Sequence record: OZ035785.1
DNA: 64,000 nt
Origin: Tequatrovirus BCH953P2
Direction: 5' to 3' (one strand)
In this document: one piece after another, positions 1-8,640 of the stretch
Position numbering within the stretch: the stretch's first letter is position 1
How the letters are laid out: every line of letters starts with the position of its first letter
Position numbers and translations under genes: made by a program
The notes under the pieces: generated by a model
The model's input: only the letters and a program-made list of their open reading frames with translations
Database searches by the model: none
What the model was told of the DNA's origin: nothing

Positions 1-255
1 TGGAAAGAAGACGAAACATATAAACGTGTTTTAATTCGTAATAGAAAAATTGAAGAATTATATAGAGAGTTCCAAGTTTTAAATAATATGATTGAAGCTT
101 CTGTCGCCAATAAAAAGGAAAAATTCTATTATAAAAACCTTAAGCGGTTCTTTGCTCTTTTAGAAAAACATGAGCATTTAGGTGGTGAATTCCCTGCATG
201 GCCTGAAAAAGAACAGAAGCCTTGGTATAAGCGTTTATTCAAGCATTACGTATAA
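1..255 (+). CDS. 3' fragment of a late-strand gene (N-terminus outside window); by position the T4 gene-38 equivalent (tail-fibre assembly protein)
   Basis: Frame-1 ORF open from base 1 to TAA at 253-255 (...PWYKRLFKHYV*); directly upstream of holin t as gene 38 is in T4; identity not verified. Confidence 0.5.
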   Translation, partial: WKEDETYKRVLIRNRKIEELYREFQVLNNMIEASVANKKEKFYYKNLKRFFALLEKHEHLGGEFPAWPEKEQKPWYKRLFKHYV

Positions 256-258
256 ATA
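251..258 (+). promoter_or_regulatory. T4-type late promoter (TATAAATA) for holin t
   Basis: Exact TATAAATA 18 nt upstream of the t start codon, followed by RBS AAGGAGG at 265-271. Confidence 0.65.
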
Positions 259-275
259 TCTTAAAAGGAGGGTCT

Positions 276-932
276 ATGGCAGCACCTAGAATATCATTTT
301 CGCCCTCTGATATTCTGTTTGGTGTTCTAGATCGCTTGTTCAAAGATAACGCTACCGGGAAAGTTCTTGCTTCTCGGGTAGCTGTCGTAATTCTTTTGTT
401 TATAATGGCGATTGTTTGGTATAGGGGAGATAGTTTCTTTGAGTACTACAAGCAATCAAAGTATGAAACATACAGTGAAATTATTGAAAAGGAAAGAAAT
501 GCACGCTTTGAATCTGTCGCCCTGGAACAACTCCAGATAGTTCATATATCATCTGAGGCAGACTTTAGTGCGGTGTATTCTTTCCGCCCTAAAAACTTAA
601 ACTATTTTGTTGATATTATAGCATATGAAGGAAAATTACCTTCAACAATAAGTGAAAAATCACTTGGAGGATATCCCGTTGATAAAACTATGGATGAATA
701 TGCAGTTCATTTAAATGGACGTCATTATTATTCCAACTCAAAATTTGCTTTTTTACCAACTAAAAAGCCTACTCCCGAAATAAACTACATGTACAGTTGT
801 CCATATTTTAATTTGGATAATATCTATGCTGGAACGATAACCATGTACTGGTATAGAAATGATCATATAAGTAATGACCGCCTTGAATCAATATGTGCTC
901 AGGCGGCCAGAATATTAGGAAGGGCTAAATAA
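276..932 (+). CDS. t: Holin T (lysis protein t)
   Basis: 218 aa, same length as T4 holin; N-terminus MAAPRISFSPSDILFGVLDRLFKDNATGK matches my recollection of T4 T; single TM segment; late promoter and strong RBS. Confidence 0.9.
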   Translation: MAAPRISFSPSDILFGVLDRLFKDNATGKVLASRVAVVILLFIMAIVWYRGDSFFEYYKQSKYETYSEIIEKERNARFESVALEQLQIVHISSEADFSAVYSFRPKNLNYFVDIIAYEGKLPSTISEKSLGGYPVDKTMDEYAVHLNGRHYYSNSKFAFLPTKKPTPEINYMYSCPYFNLDNIYAGTITMYWYRNDHISNDRLESICAQAARILGRAK

Positions 933-1205
933 TTATTTGTTCGTATACATCTCTAGATATCGATATACACCCTCAAAACCCTCGTTGAATTCGTCGATGA
1001 GGGTTTTCTTATCTTCTTGAGTTAATTCAGAAACAATTTTACGGAATGAATTCTGATTTAATTTTCTACCTTCATGCGTTACTCCAATCTCATTCAGAAA
1101 TGCAATAAAATTAGCACGATTCTCAACAATATCTTCTCTGGAAAATTTAATCAAAATAGACGCAACAGTAATAATTTCACGAACTGTATCAATGTTTTTA
1201 TTCAT
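933..1205 (-). CDS. asiA: AsiA anti-sigma-70 factor
   Basis: 90 aa (T4 AsiA is 90 aa), MNKNIDTVREIITVASILIKFSREDIVENRANFIAF...; position next to t. Confidence 0.9.
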   Translation of the reverse strand: MNKNIDTVREIITVASILIKFSREDIVENRANFIAFLNEIGVTHEGRKLNQNSFRKIVSELTQEDKKTLIDEFNEGFEGVYRYLEMYTNK

Positions 1206-1217
1206 TAACTATACCAC

Positions 1218-1370
1218 TCAATTAGTTGACTTTGTTATAATATCATCAGACGCTTGATTTGTAAACTGGTCTGTGTTATTTTCTTCAAAAATTTTTTCTA
1301 CGAATTCCTTGAACGACTCACGTTCCTGAGCTACATTATGCTCGATTACCTTTTCAAGATTATGACTCAT
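1218..1370 (-). CDS. Small hypothetical protein (50 aa)
   Basis: ORF MSHNLEKVIEHNVAQERESFKEF..., below the 60-aa ORF-track cutoff; ATG overlaps arn stop in an ATGA junction. Confidence 0.45.
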   Translation of the reverse strand: MSHNLEKVIEHNVAQERESFKEFVEKIFEENNTDQFTNQASDDIITKSTN

Positions 1371-1645
1371 TCGAAATAATCTTCAATTTCGTAATCATGG
1401 ACATAAAACATTATAGTTTTTAATACATCATCGATACTTTTTCCTGGAGCTGGAATTACGTAGAAATATCCTGCTTTTGAGAGGTCTTTATAAGTTCCAA
1501 TCAAGAAATCATTATTCTCAAGATGCAGTTCTTCAACTAATTCATTAACAATTGAGTGGTATAAATTTGGTAGAAACTTATATAGCTTTTCTAGAATATC
1601 AATTTTGATTGTGTATTGAATCACAGACTGAGAATCAATAATCAT
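1367..1645 (-). CDS. arn: Arn-like anti-restriction protein (McrBC inhibitor)
   Basis: 92 aa, same size and position as T4 Arn (between asiA and motA); acidic protein. Confidence 0.7.
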   Translation of the reverse strand: MIIDSQSVIQYTIKIDILEKLYKFLPNLYHSIVNELVEELHLENNDFLIGTYKDLSKAGYFYVIPAPGKSIDDVLKTIMFYVHDYEIEDYFE

Positions 1646-1728
1646 AGACCTTCCCCTTATGTTTCTGTTTGCGATTAGATTCTTTAAACGCTTTCTTCTT
1701 ATCCTTATGAACAGAAGCTTTATTAAAA

Positions 1729-1947
1729 TTATGTTTTGCGACTAAATTGTTCATAATGCTGAATTACCTCTCTTAAACATTTGCATGTGAATGAAAACTT
1801 TTTAGCTACACCACATTCAAATATATGTTCTCTTAAATCACGTGTATCAGTATATCCCATCTCAACAATAAAATGCCGTATTAGATTTTTATCTTTATCA
1901 TTGAGAGAATTAAAATAATCAGATTTTGAATTAATTTCCCTGGCCAA
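1729..1947 (-). CDS. Hypothetical protein (72 aa), Cys-containing
   Basis: ORF in operon context on minus strand; no recognisable motif. Confidence 0.5.
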   Translation of the reverse strand: MAREINSKSDYFNSLNDKDKNLIRHFIVEMGYTDTRDLREHIFECGVAKKFSFTCKCLREVIQHYEQFSRKT

Positions 1948-2227
1948 ATTGAATCACCTTCAGTTGACGTTTTAACTCTTTTATCATTTCTTCGTTCATC
2001 GCAATATAAAGATCGCGTAAAGCAGGTTTTAGCATTCCATTTACTGGAGAACTAAATGGACATATATAATCTTTTCCTACAAGCTTTTTGGTGAATTCCA
2101 TATCACAGAACTTAAATCCCGGCTCATTGGTATAAATTCCCCAATTAGTTGACATCATTTTGTTAGCATATTCCAGTGCCTGGATTTGATTCATAATTCC
2201 ATCAATTTGAAACTGTTTAATATTCAT
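1931..2227 (-). CDS. Hypothetical protein (98 aa)
   Basis: Minus-strand ORF abutting neighbours with short overlaps. Confidence 0.55.
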   Translation of the reverse strand: MNIKQFQIDGIMNQIQALEYANKMMSTNWGIYTNEPGFKFCDMEFTKKLVGKDYICPFSSPVNGMLKPALRDLYIAMNEEMIKELKRQLKVIQFGQGN

Positions 2228-2688
2228 TAGTAAAGGTCCTCAGAGTAAAGTTCTTTTTCACTACCACCACGTTCAATACGTACTTGTCCAGCGTAAGTTG
2301 CAATAATCATTGCTTCTTCACGTGTCCAATAATTACTATATTGGTCAATAAACCCTTGGTCATCATCACAAACTTGCTGAGTAACTAATTGAGGTTTAAC
2401 TACATCTAAAACTTCTGCCATATCTTTAGAATAATGACGAGCACCTGGAATAACAAGAGTTCGTCCATCTTTTAATTTAAAACGGTTGGCTGCGCAAACA
2501 ATTCGTCGTTGATACTTTTGGTTTTCATCCCAGTACGCAGTCTGCCAACAGATTTCAGGAACTTCTTTCAGAATATCTTCTTCTGTGCATTTATAACCAT
2601 GCGCTTTAAATTTTTGAACAAGACTCTCCGGAGTCTCACGAGATAAAAGCACATTCAGCATTTTTAAACGATTAATAAATGGGTTCAT
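2227..2688 (-). CDS. Hypothetical protein (153 aa)
   Basis: Minus-strand ORF, 4-nt overlap with upstream gene. Confidence 0.6.
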   Translation of the reverse strand: MNPFINRLKMLNVLLSRETPESLVQKFKAHGYKCTEEDILKEVPEICWQTAYWDENQKYQRRIVCAANRFKLKDGRTLVIPGARHYSKDMAEVLDVVKPQLVTQQVCDDDQGFIDQYSNYWTREEAMIIATYAGQVRIERGGSEKELYSEDLY

Positions 2689-3014
2689 TTAAACCATCCT
2701 TTAATACGCTGCCACAAAGTTTTCTGCTGAGCTTTGTTGACACCAATTGAACGAATAACTGGTTGAGATTCCTGAAATTCTTTATAATCATCAAGGTAAA
2801 TTTCGTAAGCTGCATCTGTAAATGAACTTATTGCTGCCATAAAATTATTGCGAATACCTACTGGAGCATCTTTACTTTCACGAATAATCATGTATTTACC
2901 AGTCTTAATCTTTACGATAGTTCCAAGATAAGCTCCGTGGTACCAGATGTCCCAACCCTCTTGAGTAGGTTCTGCGCAACGACGAAGTTCATTGACGATT
3001 TCTAACTTGTTCAT
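2685..3014 (-). CDS. Hypothetical protein (109 aa)
   Basis: Minus-strand ORF immediately downstream of motA. Confidence 0.6.
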   Translation of the reverse strand: MNKLEIVNELRRCAEPTQEGWDIWYHGAYLGTIVKIKTGKYMIIRESKDAPVGIRNNFMAAISSFTDAAYEIYLDDYKEFQESQPVIRSIGVNKAQQKTLWQRIKGWFK

Positions 3015-3024
3015 TATTTATTCC

Positions 3025-3660
3025 TCACAGTTCAGATGCTACAGTGATTACAGCTTCAATGTTTTCTGCCGAGCGTTTAATGTCAAGATACACATTACCG
3101 TTTTTAGCGATTTTACATGACATTCCGATGTCAGTAAATTTCTGAATATGATGTTCCATCATTTTGTATCCAAAAATTCGCATATTTCCATTATTGTTAA
3201 TTTCAAAATTACGAATTCCGTGGGTGCGTTTTTCTAAAATAGCGAGATAGTTACTGCGGTAAGTTTCAACCTTTTTAAGAACAAATCCATTTTCATCTAA
3301 AAGTTTTAACATGAGGTCTTTATCTTCTTCCATATCAGAAGTAATCTCGCGAGCTTTACGAGTTGCTCGTTTTTTCAGCAGTTCCGGAGCATTTTCCTGT
3401 GCGTATAAAGTTGCTGCGTTTGAAATAATATCCTGAGCTTCACCTGTAATGATTAATCCATCACCAGATTTCTCCACCAGGCCTTTTTTAATCAATACCC
3501 CAATATTACTATTAACTACTGCGTTACCTAAATCTGGATGCACCTCACGAACTTCTGCAGCTGTAATGAAATCTTTCTTAGCAATAGTAATTAAAATCGC
3601 AGCAGTTTTTTCATTCAGAACATCGTTAGAAGCTTTGATGATGTAAGTTACTTTAGACAT
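3025..3660 (-). CDS. motA: MotA, activator of middle transcription
   Basis: 211 aa (T4 MotA is 211 aa); sequence MSKVTYIIKASNDVLNEKTAAILITIAKKDF... matches recollection; early promoter directly upstream. Confidence 0.9.
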   Translation of the reverse strand: MSKVTYIIKASNDVLNEKTAAILITIAKKDFITAAEVREVHPDLGNAVVNSNIGVLIKKGLVEKSGDGLIITGEAQDIISNAATLYAQENAPELLKKRATRKAREITSDMEEDKDLMLKLLDENGFVLKKVETYRSNYLAILEKRTHGIRNFEINNNGNMRIFGYKMMEHHIQKFTDIGMSCKIAKNGNVYLDIKRSAENIEAVITVASEL

Positions 3661-3700
3661 TTTCTAATCTCCGTAATTCTGTATCAGTAGTTGATAGTTG

Positions 3701-3731
3701 TATAGTACCACAGTATGCTTTGGTTGTAAAC
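3701..3731 (-). promoter_or_regulatory. T4 early promoter (sigma70-type; -35 GTTTAC, extended -10 TGTGGTAyTAT)
   Basis: Minus-strand GTTTAC then about 17 bp then TGTGGTACTATAC; one of about 17 near-identical cassettes in the window; drives motA. Confidence 0.65.
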
Positions 3732-3740
3732 CGTTTTGTG

Positions 3741-3784
3741 AAAAAAAAAATTTAAAATAAAAAAGGGAGAGCCTCGGCTCTCCC
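3741..3784 (-). terminator. Rho-independent terminator
   Basis: GC stem-loop GGGAGAGCC/GGCTCTCCC followed on the minus strand by a long T-run (plus-strand A10 plus more). Confidence 0.65.
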
Positions 3785-3789
3785 TAAAA

Positions 3790-3939
3790 TTACTGCATGA
3801 CTGTGATAACTGTCATGATAACACGTTGAATGCCGAACGCAAGAAGACCTCCTGCTACAGCTGGAACAACGCCTAAACCCGCCAGTAAAATGCTACCGGA
3901 TACTAATGCAGCGCTTGTAATACCTATGAATGGACTCAT
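3790..3939 (-). CDS. Small membrane protein (49 aa)
   Basis: MSPFIGITSAALVSGSILLAGLGVVPAVAGGLLAFG...; ATGA overlap with gene 52 stop; below ORF-track cutoff. Confidence 0.55.
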   Translation of the reverse strand: MSPFIGITSAALVSGSILLAGLGVVPAVAGGLLAFGIQRVIMTVITVMQ

Positions 3940-5264
3940 TTGATTTCCTCTAAATCTTTGGTGTATTCTGTAACTACATCAGTAGTTTTCCAATATTCGT
4001 TTTCTTCTTTCTTAGCTTTAGCTTCTTCAGCAAGTTTCTTTGCTTCATCGGAAGTCATATGAAAAATATTCATTCCAACTAGTTTATCAACATAAGAAGA
4101 ATACATATCAACTTTCGAAAGTTCTTCGGTCAGTTCTTTACGAGTTTTACCCTGTACAACAATTTCACCTGAAATTACTTTCTTAATGAAATGTGCCTTG
4201 GCAAAGGCTAAACGAAAAGCTGACTCAGTTTCTTTGATTTTGTTATCAATTCGTTTTTGGACATAAGTTTTACGAACTTCAACAAAGTCTTTAATTAAAT
4301 CGACTACGTTATCGTAAACTTGTAGTTTTCCTTTCTCATTAATAACCGTAATATTCTGGGAACGACGCTCAATCAACCCGAAGTCTTTCATAATTTTTGC
4401 ATGGCGTTCTTCTTCATTATCGCTCAAAGAGTATTCTTTTCGGAATTTAACTTTGAATCCAAAACCATGCTCACCACAAGCATCATCCCATGTAATGAAG
4501 CCTTTATCTTCAAGTGGGTCTAAGATTTTACTCACGTAAGTTTCACGATCATACTTATACGGAATCTCAGTGATATGCATTTGAGTTCGTGAAGTAAACT
4601 TATATGTTCCGCGAATTTCATATTGACCATCAATTTCAACGACTTCACCACGAAATTCTGGGAATTCTACCTTCGGTTTAGTTACTTTCTTTCCTTGAAG
4701 AGCTTGCAGTACAGCTTTCTTGACAGAAGAAACACTATGAGGAAGAATGTAAGTTGCATAACCAGTTGCAATACCGGAAACGCCATTAAGAAGAACAGTA
4801 GGAATAACAGGCAAATAGAAAGCAGGCGGAATGTGTTCTTTATCTTGATGTACCGGAGCATATTCAGTATCTTTATATACGTTATAGAAATTTTTACTTA
4901 CACGAGCAAAAATATAACGACTTGCCGCTGCCTTTTGGACAGTACGAGAACCAAAGTTTCCTTGACCATCTAATAGAGGAAAGTTATTATTCCAAGTATT
5001 AGCCATCAAAGCACCTGCGTCTTGCGCAGAGTTTTCACCATGATGATATCCAAGGTCCGCTACACCGCCTGCGATAGAAGCGAGTTTGTGAAACTTATCT
5101 TTATTTCCTCGTGCCAAATCAAGAGCTCGAGCAATAACAAATCGTTGAACTGGCTTAAATCCGTCAATCATATTTGGGATAGCACGATTTTCAACCGTGT
5201 ACATAGCATAAGCCAATGCTTCATTATCAATGATACTTTTTAAATCGCGATTATTCAGTTGCAT
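3936..5264 (-). CDS. 52: DNA topoisomerase II medium subunit (GyrA-like)
   Basis: 442 aa (T4 gp52 is 442 aa); MQLNNRDLKSIIDNEALAYAMYTVENRAIP... typical type IIA breakage-reunion domain. Confidence 0.9.
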   Translation of the reverse strand: MQLNNRDLKSIIDNEALAYAMYTVENRAIPNMIDGFKPVQRFVIARALDLARGNKDKFHKLASIAGGVADLGYHHGENSAQDAGALMANTWNNNFPLLDGQGNFGSRTVQKAAASRYIFARVSKNFYNVYKDTEYAPVHQDKEHIPPAFYLPVIPTVLLNGVSGIATGYATYILPHSVSSVKKAVLQALQGKKVTKPKVEFPEFRGEVVEIDGQYEIRGTYKFTSRTQMHITEIPYKYDRETYVSKILDPLEDKGFITWDDACGEHGFGFKVKFRKEYSLSDNEEERHAKIMKDFGLIERRSQNITVINEKGKLQVYDNVVDLIKDFVEVRKTYVQKRIDNKIKETESAFRLAFAKAHFIKKVISGEIVVQGKTRKELTEELSKVDMYSSYVDKLVGMNIFHMTSDEAKKLAEEAKAKKEENEYWKTTDVVTEYTKDLEEIK

Positions 5265-5268
5265 AAAT

Positions 5269-5409
5269 TTACCATACTAGTGAATGTAGTGCCATAATAA
5301 CATCAGAAATGAAAAGCACGACTTGAATTAATCCGAACATTATTCCGTAATATAATGCTATCAATAAAATAGCAAGGGCTAATGAATAGCCCAAGATTTT
5401 CTTAATCAT
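5269..5409 (-). CDS. Small hydrophobic protein (46 aa)
   Basis: MIKKILGYSLALAILLIALYYGIMFGLIQVVLF...; below ORF-track cutoff. Confidence 0.45.
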   Translation of the reverse strand: MIKKILGYSLALAILLIALYYGIMFGLIQVVLFISDVIMALHSLVW

Positions 5410-5557
5410 TAGATAACAACACAAATGTTAAATATGCACACATACCCTGAGCTAAAGCTTGCGAAAACACACTGCTAGCATCGATACAGATAGTTAAAAC
5501 ACATGCTACTATCCAACAAATAAATGAAATAACTCCTAATAATTTTGCGATATTCAT
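5402..5557 (-). CDS. Small membrane protein, 51 aa (Ac-like; one of two tandem paralogues)
   Basis: Start moved to MNIAKLLGVISFICW... preceded by RBS GAGGAG; T4 Ac is 51 aa at this position. Confidence 0.55.
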   Translation of the reverse strand: MNIAKLLGVISFICWIVACVLTICIDASSVFSQALAQGMCAYLTFVLLSND

Positions 5558-5567
5558 AATATTCTCC

Positions 5568-5723
5568 TCAACTATTTTTAGAACCAATGTACGCGAATAA
5601 TGATAAAATCGCTAATACGCCCTGAGCTGATGCTTGCAAAAATACTGAAGTTTCTCCAGTTATTACTGTTCCGATGCATAAAAAGAACCAACAGAAAAAG
5701 GCTATACCGTGAACAAATTTCAT
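5568..5723 (-). CDS. Small membrane protein, 51 aa (paralogue of the previous)
   Basis: MKFVHGIAFFCWFFLCIGTVITGETSVFLQASAQG... shares the F.CW...SVF.QA.AQG pattern with its neighbour; RBS GAGG. Confidence 0.55.
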   Translation of the reverse strand: MKFVHGIAFFCWFFLCIGTVITGETSVFLQASAQGVLAILSLFAYIGSKNS

Positions 5724-5730
5724 ATTTTCC

Positions 5731-5811
5731 TCACTGGCGTCCGAAGACGCCTTTGGTTTTAAGATTGTTACGATAGAACTGCATCACATGTTCGTTATGG
5801 AAATTACTCAT
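5731..5811 (-). CDS. stp: Stp peptide (26 aa; activator of host PrrC anticodon nuclease / anti-restriction)
   Basis: [26 protein letters not shown] matches my recollection of T4 Stp; TAATG overlap with ndd stop. Confidence 0.8.
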
Positions 5812-6269
5812 TAATATGCCTGCAAAACAAATTTAAAGTTATCAGCCAACATACGGTTCATTTCTTCAAGTGTTTGATACTCAGAATGATGATTACGGGT
5901 AAACGCTAAAGCTAACTGTCCTTTTCCAAATCCCGTCGTCAGAGGTTTCATCTTAGAAGCAGGCAGATAAAATACTGTGTATGGAACATTGTTATTTGCA
6001 ATAGTACGCGCAAGCTGAGACCGACGTTGACGAATATGACTTAGAACTGCACTGAATCCTTGCTTAGAACGCTGATTACCTACATAAAATCGTGCAGACA
6101 CACATGGATTACTAAATGGACGACCATCTAATTTACTCACTAAAAAGTAAAATCCAGGTTTAGATAAAATATCTTTATGTGGAGTTCCCAAAAACCATTT
6201 ACCGTCCTTGATTGTACCAACGACAGTAGCACCTGCATTATTCAGATCAGTAACAGTCATGTATTTCAT
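5811..6269 (-). CDS. ndd: Ndd nucleoid disruption protein
   Basis: 152 aa; [42 protein letters not shown]... matches recollection of T4 Ndd. Confidence 0.85.
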
Positions 6270-6328
6270 ATTAATTTCCTCTAATTATTTTCTACTCCAA
6301 GGCCGCATGAATACACACGGCCGATAAA

Positions 6329-6544
6329 TTAATCGTCGCAGTCGACGCTCAATTCCCAGAACTCTTCTACGGTATAAGTTTCAGTATCATTTTCAATACA
6401 GAAACGTTCATTACTGTTGTTTGCTAAAGTAGCGTTAACTGTCATTTTCTCGCTAGTGCTCTTAAGAGGTGAAATACGAATTAACTGATCACCATTATCT
6501 AAACAAAAAATTTCACCAACTTTTACATCTTTAAAAATTTTCAT
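6329..6544 (-). CDS. Hypothetical protein (71 aa)
   Basis: Minus-strand ORF downstream region of ndd. Confidence 0.5.
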   Translation of the reverse strand: MKIFKDVKVGEIFCLDNGDQLIRISPLKSTSEKMTVNATLANNSNERFCIENDTETYTVEEFWELSVDCDD

Positions 6545-6659
6545 AATTCACCTCAAGGAGTATAAAATCCGAATGCAGTTGTCGACCATCCCATCCAATA
6601 CGGAAAATTTGCACCAATGTAAAACATGAGAATATAAAACCAACCGCTCAGCAAATTCA

Positions 6660-6878
6660 TCATTTTACACCATTCCAAATTGTTTCAACCACAGATTTCA
6701 AACCATTTTGGTGAATGTCCATTCCGACAACTACCATCAAATAAATTCCAACTACAACTGAACCTAAGGCAAAAATCAGCATGAAAATGAATAAAGCCGG
6801 AAAAATATTATCGAAAAACCATTCAATAAATGTAAAAGCACCGCGTTTACGCTTCATATTTTCCTCACATAAATCCAA
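6660..6878 (-). CDS. Hypothetical membrane protein (72 aa or shorter)
   Basis: Hydrophobic segment FPALFIFMLIFALGSVVVGIYLMVVV; start uncertain. Confidence 0.5.
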   Translation of the reverse strand: MDLCEENMKRKRGAFTFIEWFFDNIFPALFIFMLIFALGSVVVGIYLMVVVGMDIHQNGLKSVVETIWNGVK

Positions 6879-6978
6879 AGTAAGCGTTTAATACATCAAT
6901 CATTAAAACGATTGGGAATATACTCAAAACTACTAGTATTATAACTACATTCCATATAGCTTTAACAATCTTTTTCAT
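6865..6978 (-). CDS. Small membrane peptide (37 aa)
   Basis: ORF-track 82-aa ORF trimmed to MKKIVKAIWNVVIILVV... because an early promoter lies inside the longer ORF; RBS GGAGGA. Confidence 0.5.
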   Translation of the reverse strand: MKKIVKAIWNVVIILVVLSIFPIVLMIDVLNAYFGFM

Positions 6979-6993
6979 TTTCTGTTCCTCCGT

Positions 6994-7026
6994 AGTTGAT
7001 AGGATAATAATACCACAGAGGAACAG
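6994..7026 (-). promoter_or_regulatory. T4 early promoter
   Basis: Minus-strand GTTTAC ... TGTGGTATTATTAT cassette. Confidence 0.6.
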
Positions 7027-7221
7027 TCTTGTAAACAACTTTTTTAAAAATATTCGTAATAAATGTGAATACCAATCACCACTGCCGAAACTTGCGCAAC
7101 CCACCATGCACAAGCAATAAGCACAGAATTCAAAATTTTCATAATAACCTCATTACAAAAGTAAATGTTAAACAAATTAATGGAATACTAATTAACCAAA
7201 TAAAACACCACCATAATGAAC

Positions 7222-7485
7222 TCATAGTTCAATCTCAGCGATTTTCATTTCATTACTATTAATAGCCGCTTTAAGACTATCTGAAAGAATTACATTCCAG
7301 TGGTCATTCATATGACCATTAACTAAGCGTGTAATTTCTTCGGGAGTTGAAAAATAAGGCGTATCAGACTCCCAATGCGATAGTCCCAAGCGAGTATAAA
7401 TCATGCCTTCATCATCGCTAGAATATTCAACTGACACAAACTCATCAGTTATTTTATGTTTAGCGTAATAAAATTTAAATTTCAT
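7222..7485 (-). CDS. Hypothetical protein (87 aa)
   Basis: Start moved to MKFKFYYAKH... with RBS GGAGGAG; the ORF-track start at 7578 lies upstream of the promoter. Confidence 0.55.
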   Translation of the reverse strand: MKFKFYYAKHKITDEFVSVEYSSDDEGMIYTRLGLSHWESDTPYFSTPEEITRLVNGHMNDHWNVILSDSLKAAINSNEMKIAEIEL

Positions 7486-7511
7486 TTTTACTCCTCCGTA
7501 GCTGATAGTTG

Positions 7512-7542
7512 TATAGTACCACAGTCCTTGTGGTATGTAAAC
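7512..7542 (-). promoter_or_regulatory. T4 early promoter
   Basis: GTTTACATACCACAAGGACTGTGGTACTATAC on minus strand. Confidence 0.65.
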
Positions 7543-7559
7543 CGTTTTGTGAAAATTTT

Positions 7560-8117
7560 TTAAATGGAAAGATACCATCCGTTGTAGTTGCTTTTTCTTA
7601 CAACCTTACGAAGGTCTTCTCTATCACCAATGAACTTCGGAGTGTACTGGATGACACTTGGATGAATTTCTTTAGTGTTGAATATAATTATACAGTCAGC
7701 GACCTGATGATTCAGAATGGGCCCTAGATTTATTCCAGAACCATATGGATACTCTCCGCTGCATCCTGTTGTTACAGAAATCCAACGTGAGTCAGTTTGA
7801 TGTGTCTTAACTTCTACACGAAGCCCGCAGTATCTTGGATGCGCCAATACATCCCATGCATATGTATACGGGTCATTAACATCTTCTTGGCCTTTGTTAA
7901 CATACCCACTTAGCCAATCTGCTACAAAAAATTCTGCGTACACCGCGATACGACATCTTTCAATAACTTCTGCTTTATCCTGATTTGGATTTTGTTTTAA
8001 AGAGTATCTTGCTGTATCAGCAATTTTGACCTTCATTTCACTAGTCAAGTCACTGTTCGATAGGGTAAATGTCGGAATCTGAAATAGTCTCTGTAAACCC
8101 GGATTCGTTTTCTGCAT
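7560..8117 (-). CDS. denB: DenB endonuclease IV
   Basis: 185 aa (T4 DenB is 185 aa), position between ndd and rIIB; start could be a later Met because the upstream ORF overlaps by 68 nt. Confidence 0.7.
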   Translation of the reverse strand: MQKTNPGLQRLFQIPTFTLSNSDLTSEMKVKIADTARYSLKQNPNQDKAEVIERCRIAVYAEFFVADWLSGYVNKGQEDVNDPYTYAWDVLAHPRYCGLRVEVKTHQTDSRWISVTTGCSGEYPYGSGINLGPILNHQVADCIIIFNTKEIHPSVIQYTPKFIGDREDLRKVVRKSNYNGWYLSI

Positions 8118-8379
8118 TTAGACTTTCCTTTTTACCGCTGAGATAAGCGTTATATACTTTAAGAGTGCCGTAATAAATTCGGTCATTTTCATCTAAAGAC
8201 TCATGGTCAAGTTCATCGAGTTCCTTTTTATCCATGACTATAATATCATTGCAGTAAAGAAACCCAAGTTTTTCGTGACCAAACTCAAATTTATTGCAGT
8301 ACACAATATTAGCATGATGATTTCCGTGCAGTTTAATCTCTTTTATGTCGGAATCACCGATATTCATACAATAAATCAT
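8050..8379 (-). CDS. Hypothetical protein (109 aa)
   Basis: Minus-strand ORF between rIIB-side hairpin and denB; His/Cys-containing. Confidence 0.5.
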   Translation of the reverse strand: MIYCMNIGDSDIKEIKLHGNHHANIVYCNKFEFGHEKLGFLYCNDIIVMDKKELDELDHESLDENDRIYYGTLKVYNAYLSGKKESLNAENESGFTETISDSDIYPIEQ

Positions 8380-8390
8380 AATTTTTCCTT

Positions 8391-8413
8391 AAAACAAAAG
8401 GGCCGAAGCCCCT
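8391..8413 (-). terminator. Rho-independent terminator / stem-loop
   Basis: GGGGCTTCGGCCC stem-loop followed on minus strand by TTTTGTTTT. Confidence 0.6.
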
Positions 8414-8417
8414 TATT

Positions 8418-8612
8418 TTATTTGAATTGTGCAATTCTTTTTTCTAAACAATCTGCGTAAGATTTCATTGAGATGAACTGTGAAAGCAGTAATTCTTGCT
8501 CAACTTCATTAATCGTTAGAAACTTTGTGCTTTCTAAAAATTTGCTCAGTGCATTAATTTTGAGCATTAATTGATCGTATTCTTCTTTTACTCGTGCTTG
8601 ATAACCTAACAT
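8418..8612 (-). CDS. Hypothetical protein (64 aa), flanked by two near-identical stem-loops
   Basis: ORF MLGYQARVKEEYDQLMLKINALSKFLE...; stem-loops at 8400-8412 and 8629-8642. Confidence 0.55.
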   Translation of the reverse strand: MLGYQARVKEEYDQLMLKINALSKFLESTKFLTINEVEQELLLSQFISMKSYADCLEKRIAQFK

Positions 8613-8640
8613 AATTTTCCTTAGTTAAGGGCCGAAGCCC

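Noticed and set aside
1636-1754. 39-aa very basic ORF (MNNLVAKHNFNKASVHKDKKK...) overlapping arn start and the 72-aa gene end
   Set aside because: Overlaps two neighbouring genes in alternative frames with no clear RBS; cannot be supported from sequence alone.
3449-3646. Plus-strand 65-aa ORF inside motA
   Set aside because: Lies entirely within the well-supported minus-strand motA gene; shadow ORF in an AT-rich genome.
4623-5243. Plus-strand ORFs (116 aa and 73 aa) inside gene 52
   Set aside because: Antisense to a conserved topoisomerase gene; low-complexity, no start context.
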